DNA of 64,000 nucleotides from an uncultured Chloroflexia bacterium (lineage in GTDB: Bacteria; Chloroflexota; Limnocylindria; QHBO01), in the NCBI GenBank assembly GCA_963783725.1, contig CAWAOJ010000002.1, positions 340,469 through 404,468 on the forward strand, read 5' to 3'. The notes under the pieces were generated by a model. It saw nothing but the letters and a program-made list of their open reading frames with translations. It ran no database searches and was not told where the DNA came from. Positions within the stretch are counted from its first letter, which is position 1; each line of letters begins with the position of its first letter. Positions 29,442-37,021 of this stretch are shown here, one piece after another. A program made the translations under genes and the position numbers.

Positions 29442-31520
29442 TCAGTTCGCGTGCGGTCCACGCAGGTGATACGGCACGTCGACGACGACCGTATTCGGCC
29501 GGAAGAAGAGCCGAAGCTTCAGGCGCAGCGCCGTCTGGTTGTGGAGCGGATACTCCCAAAAGTGCCGGGGCACGTATTCGGAGAGGACGACCGTCGTGCG
29601 TTGTGCAGGGTCGAGCGCCTCGGAGGCATCGAGGTAGGCAAGCAAGGGCGCCATCAGGGCCCGGTACGGGGACTCGAGGATGACAAGTCGCACGGGCCCG
29701 CCCCACGCTTCCCAGCGCTCCTTCATCGCGGCCAATTCTGCGCGGTCGTCGGATACGTGGACGGCGGTGACATTCGGAGAGAGCGAGCGGGCATACGCCA
29801 GCGCCTCGAGGGTCGGACGATCCATGCGGCTGATCGGCACGATGGCGCGCGTCCGGGGGCTCGGCAGAACGCCGGGCGGCCAGGCCGCCTCGAGTTCGCG
29901 TTCCAGGCTGTGATAGTGCCGGCCGATGGCCCACATCACACCAATGAGCGCAGGGATGAGCAGCAGGATCATCCACGCTCCGAGAGCGAACTTGGCGATC
30001 CCCACGATGATCGCGACGAGTGCGGTGGCGATCGCGCCAGCGCCGTTCAGCGCCGCACGCCAGCGCCAGCCGGCCTGCTCTTGCCGCAATCTCCACCAGT
30101 GGCGCACCATGCCCGACTGGCTCAGGGTGAATGCGACGAACACGCCCACCGTGTACAGCGGAATGAGGTTCGTGACGGAGCCCTGAAACGCCACGATCAG
30201 GGCACCCGCCAGGAGAGCGAGAGCCATGATCCCGACGGTGAAGGAGAGGCGGTCGCCGCGGAACTGGAACTGGCGTGGCATGAAGCGGTCTTTACCGAGG
30301 ATGCTCGCCAGGCGCGGGAAGTCGGCAAAGGCGGTGTTGGCGGCCAGTACCAGGAGCAGCGCTGTTGAGACCTGAACGAGGTAATGGAACGGCGTGTCCC
30401 GCCCGACCAGGGTGCGGGTGATCTGGCTGATGACCGTCTCCTGTTCGGTCGGGTCGGGGATTACGCCGAGTTGCGCCGCGAGGAAGCTGATGCCGATGAA
30501 AATTGTGGCGAAGAAGGTGCCCATCATGATCAGCACCGCGCCGGCGTTGCGCGATTCAGGCGGCTTGAATGCCGGCACGCCATTGGCGACGGCCTCTGTG
30601 CCGGTCAGGGCGACGGAACCCGAGGCGAAGGCGCGCAGCACCAGGAGGACGCTCAAACCCTCCACGCCGCCCTGTGCCAGCCAGGCCGGGGGTGCGCTGT
30701 AGTGCGGTAGCGTCCCGGTCGCGAAGCGGAACAGCCCGAACCCCAGCAGGCCATAGATCGCCACGAGGTACACGTACGTCGGGATCGCGAAAATGTTGGC
30801 GCTGTCCCGGATCCCGCGCAGGTTGCCGAGCCACAGCAGTCCGACGAAGCCCACTCCCAGGAACACCCTGACATCAAAGAGGCTCGGGAAGATGGACGTC
30901 AGGGCCGCCACGCCGGCAGCGATCGAAACGGCGACGGTCAGGACGTAGTCCGTCAGGAGCGCCGCCGCTGCGACCAACCCAGGCAGGCGACCCAGGTTAT
31001 CGCTGGCCACGATGTAGGACCCGCCGCCCGAGGGATAGGCTCGGATCGTCTGCTGATAGCTCGTGACGACGATCGCCAGAACCACCACGATGGCCGTCGT
31101 CAGCGGCATCGTCAGGGCGAGTGCCCCCGCGCCGGCGGCAACGACGACCCGCATGATCTCCTCGGTGGCATAGGCCGATGACGAGATGTTGTCCGAGGCG
31201 AAAACGGCCAGGCCCTTGATCGGACCGATGCGTTCGTGCATCTCGTGCTCGGTGGCGATCCGCCGGCCGACGAGAACCCGACGCGCTGCGTCCCACCCTC
31301 GACCGAAGGGGCTGCCGCGCCGGAGCACTTGCTCGGAAGCGACGAGGTGCCCGGGAGCCTGTCGTCGGAACTCCCTGGCGAAGGGCTCGACCACCGAGAC
31401 GTAGCGGTCGCCGACCCGGCTGCCCCGTTTGCCTCGCAGCTCCCGCAGGTCTGCGGGCGACGGTGCCTGGCCGTCTCCTCTCATCGATCGCTCATGCGAT
31501 CGACTCCACGACGACGTCAT
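29442..31520 (-). CDS. kimA: KimA-family (APC superfamily) K+ transporter with C-terminal cytoplasmic domain
   Basis: LAVFASDNISSSAYATEEI, AYPSGGGSYIV, LTDYVLTVAVSIAAG, SGSVALTGTEAVANGVPAFKPPESRNA and LVLAANTAFADFPRLASIL closely parallel B. subtilis KimA/YdaO. 12 TM helices plus about 180 aa C-terminal domain. The true start may be an internal Met. Confidence 0.8.
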   Translation of the reverse strand: MTSSWSRSHERSMRGDGQAPSPADLRELRGKRGSRVGDRYVSVVEPFAREFRRQAPGHLVASEQVLRRGSPFGRGWDAARRVLVGRRIATEHEMHERIGPIKGLAVFASDNISSSAYATEEIMRVVVAAGAGALALTMPLTTAIVVVLAIVVTSYQQTIRAYPSGGGSYIVASDNLGRLPGLVAAAALLTDYVLTVAVSIAAGVAALTSIFPSLFDVRVFLGVGFVGLLWLGNLRGIRDSANIFAIPTYVYLVAIYGLLGFGLFRFATGTLPHYSAPPAWLAQGGVEGLSVLLVLRAFASGSVALTGTEAVANGVPAFKPPESRNAGAVLIMMGTFFATIFIGISFLAAQLGVIPDPTEQETVISQITRTLVGRDTPFHYLVQVSTALLLVLAANTAFADFPRLASILGKDRFMPRQFQFRGDRLSFTVGIMALALLAGALIVAFQGSVTNLIPLYTVGVFVAFTLSQSGMVRHWWRLRQEQAGWRWRAALNGAGAIATALVAIIVGIAKFALGAWMILLLIPALIGVMWAIGRHYHSLERELEAAWPPGVLPSPRTRAIVPISRMDRPTLEALAYARSLSPNVTAVHVSDDRAELAAMKERWEAWGGPVRLVILESPYRALMAPLLAYLDASEALDPAQRTTVVLSEYVPRHFWEYPLHNQTALRLKLRLFFRPNTVVVDVPYHLRGPHAN

Positions 31521-31746
31521 AGCCGACCTGTGGCCCGTGCCACACCGTCCGGACGATCACTCCGGCGTCGTGACCAGCAGCCCGGGCGTTGCTCGCGACA
31601 GCCTCGGCGTTGCGGAGGCATATATGTGTGACCCGGAGGGCGGCCCCCTCCGCGACGACCGCGATCGACGCGCGCACCAGGTCCAGCTCGCGCTCGGCCG
31701 AGCTGTCAGCCTCGGTCGCGACGGGACGCTGCGCTATTGGTTCCAT
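31492..31746 (-). CDS. Hypothetical 84-aa ORF between kdpE-like and kimA-like genes
   Basis: An ORF only; no motif recognised. Confidence 0.3.
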   Translation of the reverse strand: MEPIAQRPVATEADSSAERELDLVRASIAVVAEGAALRVTHICLRNAEAVASNARAAGHDAGVIVRTVWHGPQVGYDVVVESIA

Positions 31747-31814
31747 GCCTCCAGCGTGGCGCGGACCCCCAAGAGAGGCGGCGCATGCGACGCGCGCCGC
31801 CGCTCAAGAAGTGC

Positions 31815-32528
31815 TCAAGACCACTCGGGATCAGGCGGCTCGTGGATCCGGTAGCCAACGCCCGGCTCGGCGGTGATGAGCTTCGCCGTCGCGCCGCTCG
31901 GATCGGCCGCCGCGAGCTTGTGGCGGAGAGAGGCCACGTGGACGTGCAGGTAGTGCGTCTCCTCGGCGTAGGCCTCCCCCCACACCGCGCGCAGCAGTCG
32001 GCCGCGCGTGACCACCCGCCCGACGTGGCTGAGCAACACCTTGAGCAATTCGTACTCATGCGGGGTGAGGTGGACCAGCGTGCCGGCAACCCTGGTTTCG
32101 CGGCGCACGGGGTCGAGCGTGACGGGGCCAACGGTGATCGAGCCTTCCACGTCAGCAGCCGGGTTGAGGCTTCGGCGAAGGGCCGCGCGTACTCGGGCGC
32201 CAAGCTCGGCCATCCCGATTGGCTTGGCGAGGTAATCGTCGGCTCCCCGGTCGAGCGCCTCGACCTTGTCTCGCTCCTGGTCATGCGCGGAGAGGACGAT
32301 GATCGGGGTCAGTGCCTCGCGGCGCATTCGGCGGATCACTGCCAGGCCGTCGATCCCCGGCAGACCGAGATCGAGCAGGACGACGTCCGGTCGCTGCGCC
32401 TCCCACTGCCTGAGCGCCTCCTCACCGCTCGGCGCGACGCGTACGACATAACCGTGACCTCGGAGGTTGGCAGCGACGAGGCGGCTCGTCGCTTCTTCGT
32501 CTTCGACGAGCAAGATGCTGGCACTCAC
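31815..32528 (-). CDS. kdpE: OmpR-family response regulator, KdpE-like
   Basis: Receiver domain (DEEATSRL..DLGLPGIDG..LSAHD) plus winged-helix trans_reg_C (TPHEYELLKVL...GYRI). Start overlaps the kinase stop. Confidence 0.85.
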   Translation of the reverse strand: MSASILLVEDEEATSRLVAANLRGHGYVVRVAPSGEEALRQWEAQRPDVVLLDLGLPGIDGLAVIRRMRREALTPIIVLSAHDQERDKVEALDRGADDYLAKPIGMAELGARVRAALRRSLNPAADVEGSITVGPVTLDPVRRETRVAGTLVHLTPHEYELLKVLLSHVGRVVTRGRLLRAVWGEAYAEETHYLHVHVASLRHKLAAADPSGATAKLITAEPGVGYRIHEPPDPEWS

Positions 32529-34114
32529 GTTGCTGCCGTTTCCTCCTTCTGCTCTTGCTCCGCGCCGCCGTCCGCGGGATTCCGCCGTCTTGCTGGCAGG
32601 CCGACCACGATTGCCAGTCCTCCGAGCGGACTCCGTTCGGCGTGAACCCGTCCGCCCATCGCCTCGACGAGTCCGCGAACGACCGCCAGACCCAATCCCG
32701 TGCCGCGCCGCGCAGCGCTCACCCCGGGCTCCCGATGAAACTTCTGGAAGAGTCGCTCATACCCCCCGGCGATTCCCGGCCCGGCGTCTTCTACTATCAG
32801 CGCCACGTACGAGTCCGCTTCGACGAGGCGCCCGCTGATGTGGACCGCGGCGGGCGTCGGAGCGTAACGCGATGCGTTCTCCAGGAGGTTGGTCAGCACC
32901 TGGTCGAGCATCATCGGGTCGGCCCAGACCGGGGGGAGAGCGACGGGCAGATCAATCTTGAGCGGGTGGTCGACGAGCAGGTCAGAGAGCCTCTCGACGA
33001 CCGCCTCGATGATAGGAGACAGCGGCACAAGCTCGAGGTCGGCACGAAGAGCGCCGCTGTCGATCCGGCTCATGTCGAGGAGGTTGGTCACCAGCCGATT
33101 GAGGCGCGCCGCCTCCGCATCGATCGTGGTTCCCAGGGCTATCCGTTCAGCATCAGGGATCACCAGATCCGGGTCAGCCAAGTTGCCCGCGGCGGCTCGG
33201 ATGGTGGACAGCGGCGTGCGCAGGTCGTGAGACACCGAGTCGAGGAGCGCGCTCTTCAAGCGATCACTGCGCCGCGCGACCTCGCCCTCGGCGGCGACCG
33301 CAGCGAGCTGCTGCCGGCGAACGGCCTGTGCGATCTGGTCGGCCGCTGCGGCGAGCAGGCGTGCGTCCTGGGGCCCTGACTCGGCGCGGCCGGCGGAAGC
33401 GAGCGCCCACAGCGATCCGAACAACTCGTCTCCAACCGCCAGCTTGACGCGATACAGCGCCTGTGATTCCGTTTCGCCGCGCTGCGGCGGGTGGATCCGG
33501 CGCCAGACAGCGGGACCGTCGGCATCGTTGCGGCGCAGGAGGCGGTAGGAGCGGAGACTCGGTGTCGGCTGATCGGGATCCGTGTCGGCCAATGGACGTT
33601 CCGGCGCGCCGTGAACCGCCACGCCGATCCAGATGCGCTGCATTCCGGTGTCGTGCGCCAAACGCTCGACGACCTGAGAGGCGGCGACGCCGACCCGGTC
33701 CGAGGTGTTGAGCGCACGGCTGACCGAGTACAGGGCTCGTGCCTCGCTTTCGCGCCGCTGCGCGTCGCGCTCCTGGTCCCGCTGGCGCCCGGCGAGTCGT
33801 GCGATAAGCACACCGACGATGAGAAACAGGACCAGATTGAGGAGCTGTTCAGGGTCCGCGACGGTGAAGGTATAGCGCGGATCGATAAAGAGGAAATTGT
33901 AGGTCAGGAAGGCGCCGGCGGCGGTGATGATGGCCGGCGTGCCTCCGGAGCGAATGGCGACCGCGGCGATGCCGAGCAGGTACACGGCCGACGCGTTGGA
34001 CAACCCGAGCAGGCCTTCCAGCACGTAGCTCGCTGCCGTACAGGCCGCAAGCGCGGCGGTGATTTCGCCGCTACGGCGTGCCAGGGTGCGCTCGATCGCG
34101 ACTCGCGGCGTCAC
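32525..34114 (-). CDS. kdpD: KdpD-like sensor histidine kinase lacking the N-terminal KdpD/Usp sensing module (DUF4118 TM + GAF + HisKA + HATPase only)
   Basis: Begins directly with the KdpD-type four-helix membrane region (…FLTYNFLFIDPRYTFTVADPEQLL…), then a GAF-like domain, HisKA (SHDLRTPL) and HATPase_c (GLGLAVVRGLVEAMGG). At 529 aa it is about 360 aa shorter than canonical KdpD. Confidence 0.85.
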   Translation of the reverse strand: MTPRVAIERTLARRSGEITAALAACTAASYVLEGLLGLSNASAVYLLGIAAVAIRSGGTPAIITAAGAFLTYNFLFIDPRYTFTVADPEQLLNLVLFLIVGVLIARLAGRQRDQERDAQRRESEARALYSVSRALNTSDRVGVAASQVVERLAHDTGMQRIWIGVAVHGAPERPLADTDPDQPTPSLRSYRLLRRNDADGPAVWRRIHPPQRGETESQALYRVKLAVGDELFGSLWALASAGRAESGPQDARLLAAAADQIAQAVRRQQLAAVAAEGEVARRSDRLKSALLDSVSHDLRTPLSTIRAAAGNLADPDLVIPDAERIALGTTIDAEAARLNRLVTNLLDMSRIDSGALRADLELVPLSPIIEAVVERLSDLLVDHPLKIDLPVALPPVWADPMMLDQVLTNLLENASRYAPTPAAVHISGRLVEADSYVALIVEDAGPGIAGGYERLFQKFHREPGVSAARRGTGLGLAVVRGLVEAMGGRVHAERSPLGGLAIVVGLPARRRNPADGGAEQEQKEETAAT

Positions 34115-34192
34115 AACATGATCCTACGTCGCATGCGCCGCCCGGCCGGATCTCGACTCCTGGCGCGCGCGAGCCGGCGCCGTCGATAGCCC

Positions 34193-34657
34193 TTACCCGG
34201 GCCGATTCCCGCGAGTGGGCAGCTCGGCGGATTGTGCCGAGGCGTCGCCTTGAGCCGGCCGCGGCGTGCCCAGGTACTCGGCCTCGCTCACCTGGTCGCC
34301 CCACTCCGTCTCCGGGCCGTCGGCCGGCGACTCCCAGATCGCCAGGTGGGTCATGAACCGATTCGGGGCGGCACCGTGCCAGTGCCACTCGCCGGGTGCG
34401 ATCTGCACCGTGTCGCCGGCGCGAATCTCGACGGCCTCCTCGCCTCGAGACTGGACCCGACCGACGCCCTCGGTGACGTGCAGCGTCTGCCCCATGGCGT
34501 GCGCGTGCCAGGCATTCCGTGCGCCCGGCGCGAACCGCACGACCGCGACGCGGACGCGAGAAGGCTCCTCGCCGCGGACGATGAAATCGAGCCACGCGTC
34601 ACCGGTGAAGGTAGCCGCATCGGCCTTGCTTGTGGGGTGCGGATCCACTCGTCTCAT
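34193..34657 (-). CDS. Cupin-domain protein
   Basis: Two-His-one-Glu beta-barrel pattern NAWHAHAMGQTLHVTEGVG...APGEWHWHGA. Confidence 0.75.
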   Translation of the reverse strand: MRRVDPHPTSKADAATFTGDAWLDFIVRGEEPSRVRVAVVRFAPGARNAWHAHAMGQTLHVTEGVGRVQSRGEEAVEIRAGDTVQIAPGEWHWHGAAPNRFMTHLAIWESPADGPETEWGDQVSEAEYLGTPRPAQGDASAQSAELPTRGNRPG

Positions 34658-35081
34658 CGGGCTCCCTCCTTGTCAGGCGTCGGTCGGTCGATTGGAGTCG
34701 CGTCGCCGCGGCGCGACGCGGACGAGCGCCTTGATGGCACGGCGCTCGTCCATCGCGGCGTACGCCTCGCCGATGTCGTGTGGCTCAGACTCAGGCGCGG
34801 TCGTCGCGGTCGCGAGTCTTCGACCCTCCCCGCGTGAGCGCGAGCGTCTGCAGGGTCAGGATGAACAGGAGCGCAAGCGTCGCCAGGAACGCGACGTCCC
34901 GCAGTTGGCCTTCCACCGAACCTCCCAGCGGGCACATCTGTCGTTGTGGCTCGCCGGCACTGGCGAGGCGGGTGTAACGGAGCGCCACTGTATCGTCCGT
35001 GTCAAGACACGCCGGCCGATGGAGATCGCTTGACCAACTCGCGAAGATGGGATTGGGCCGGCGTGGCCGACTGGGGAGGGG

Positions 35082-35960
35082 ATGATGGACGAGATGCAGC
35101 CCGAGACCGCTTGGCGTCAGTCGGCGCGCAAGATCCCTGCAGCTGCGTGGCTGCTGGCCGCGATCTCCGTAATCGAGGCTCTCGTCCTGGTCCTCATCCA
35201 GGGCCTGTTCGAGATGCAACCTTTCCCGTTCGGCGTTCTGGTGTGGGTCCTCATCTCAGCGACTCCCTTCCTCCTTGGGGCCGGCGTCGTCGCCGGCGCT
35301 CGCCGCTGGCCAGCCGCTCGGACCTGGTTCCTGGCGGCCGCAGTCGCGTTCGTCCTTCGCGGCCTGCTCGATGGCGGGCTTGCCGTGTGGCTGACCGCAT
35401 CGCTCCCGAACAACCCGCCGGCCGACGTCTCGACCTGGAACGCCTGGATGATGGCACGCGGGCTCGTGGTCGCCGCACTGGCCGTCGCCGCCCCGGCATT
35501 GGCAGCGATCGGCATCTGGGTGGCATCACCATCGGCTCCGCCTCTCTCCGGAGGGAGGCGATGGGCGGCCGTTTGGCTTGCCGCACTCGGCCTGCTTGCC
35601 ACTGCGGTCGGCTGGTTCCTCGCGGTCGCGCCCGGAACCTCGGGAGCGGACGCCATGCTTGTCGCCGCCTCCGCCCTCTACGTCGTCGCCCCGCAGGCTG
35701 CGCTTGCCTTCGCGGCGCTGGCGATCGCCGCGCTGCGTGCGATGCCGAACCGCGACCGGCTGCCGGAGTTGCTGATGGCCTGCGGCGTCGCCGTCGTGCT
35801 CGTCGCAACGGCCTGGCTCGACGTGGGATTGCAGCAGCTGCCGACGGCTGTGACGTCCGGCGGGTGGTGGGTGACGCTGCCGAACGCCCTGTTGCTGATC
35901 GGCTTGCTGGCCGTCGCCGCCGGTTTCACTGCCGGGGGCCTCACTGAAGCAGATCGGTAG
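35082..35960 (+). CDS. Hypothetical polytopic membrane protein
   Basis: 292 aa with 7-8 hydrophobic helices; no motif recognised. Confidence 0.55.
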   Translation: MMDEMQPETAWRQSARKIPAAAWLLAAISVIEALVLVLIQGLFEMQPFPFGVLVWVLISATPFLLGAGVVAGARRWPAARTWFLAAAVAFVLRGLLDGGLAVWLTASLPNNPPADVSTWNAWMMARGLVVAALAVAAPALAAIGIWVASPSAPPLSGGRRWAAVWLAALGLLATAVGWFLAVAPGTSGADAMLVAASALYVVAPQAALAFAALAIAALRAMPNRDRLPELLMACGVAVVLVATAWLDVGLQQLPTAVTSGGWWVTLPNALLLIGLLAVAAGFTAGGLTEADR

Positions 35961-36089
35961 CCCTCGCGGCAGTTCCGGCCGCGCCCTTGGCTCCTTTGAG
36001 CCGCCGCGGCTTGGCGGCTCGAGGACAGGTTGCGCCCGATCGCGACGCCCATACTGCGATCAAAGCGCCACTTCCGAGGTCCGTCGTTC

Positions 36090-36272
36090 ATGTCCAGGGT
36101 CGCTCGCCGAGTCGGGATAGCCTTCGGCTCGTTCGTTCTTGCGTGGCTGGCTGTCACGCTTGTGGCCCGATGGCTGTTCGGCTCCGGCAACATCCTCGTC
36201 TGGGTGATCGCCGCGATCGTCGGTACCTGCGCCTATCTCGTGCTCCTGTGGCGAGAGCAGCGCGCAGGCTGA
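36090..36272 (+). CDS. Small (60 aa) two-helix membrane protein, hypothetical
   Basis: ORF with two hydrophobic helices (IAFGSFVLAWLAVTLVA, ILVWVIAAIVGTCAYLVLLW). The ATG choice is uncertain. Confidence 0.35.
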   Translation: MSRVARRVGIAFGSFVLAWLAVTLVARWLFGSGNILVWVIAAIVGTCAYLVLLWREQRAG

Positions 36273-36307
36273 GCCGAGCCTGACCATCACCGCTCATCTC
36301 GCCTTGC

Positions 36308-36868
36308 CTACGCCGGTGCGTACCCCAGGTAGATCGCGCCCGAGCGGAAGCGCCTCGTCTCCGTCTGCCTGAGCCGAAGTGCGCCGTCGAGCGCGGGGAA
36401 GAATGGCGTTCCCGCGCCGAGGACCACCGGGTGCACCACGAGGCCGTAGGCGTCGACGAGGCCGCGCCGGATGAACTGAGCGGCCAGCGTCGGGCCGCCG
36501 AGGTCGAGGTCGCCATCGAACTCGGCTCGCAGTCGTGCCAGCTCCTCGCCGACGTCGCCGTTCACCAGTCGGCTGTTCCATGCGACGCTCTTCAGCGAAG
36601 ATGAGAAGACGACCTTCGGCTTGGGGTTCCAGACGCGGGCGAACTCGAGCATGTACTCGGTCGCCGATGGGTCCGCCTCCGCGGTCGGCCAGTACGCCGC
36701 CATGGTCTCGTACAGCCGTCGGCCGTAGATGAACGCGTCGGCCTCGCGCGAGCGCTCGGTCCACCACGTGTGCAGCTCCTCGTCGATAGTCGTCCAGTCC
36801 AGCGAGTGGTCGAGCGTCTCGACGTATCCGTCGAGCGAGACGTTCATGGAGTAGACGAGCCTGCCCAT
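36308..36868 (-). CDS. Dihydrofolate reductase-like (RibD C-terminal domain) protein
   Basis: MGRLVYSMNVSLDGY...VVHPVVLGAGTPFF, the YyaP/RibD_C pattern. Confidence 0.75.
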   Translation of the reverse strand: MGRLVYSMNVSLDGYVETLDHSLDWTTIDEELHTWWTERSREADAFIYGRRLYETMAAYWPTAEADPSATEYMLEFARVWNPKPKVVFSSSLKSVAWNSRLVNGDVGEELARLRAEFDGDLDLGGPTLAAQFIRRGLVDAYGLVVHPVVLGAGTPFFPALDGALRLRQTETRRFRSGAIYLGYAPA

Positions 36869-37021
36869 TCGGAACCTCGAACTGCGTGGTTTCATGAGGA
36901 TGACCGCTGCCGCGACGAAGACTCATCGCTCCGCCTGAGAATCGCCCGACGCGGGGGCGCCATCCGGCAGCAGCCTATAATCGCGCCGCCGTCTGGTCGA
37001 CGCAGCCGCTGGAGACTCCGA

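Noticed and set aside
31521-31814. Possible ydaO (c-di-AMP) riboswitch upstream of the kimA-like gene
   Set aside because: I could not find the conserved ydaO helices or pseudoknot consensus by eye. The region is instead occupied by an 84-aa ORF. A covariance-model scan is needed.
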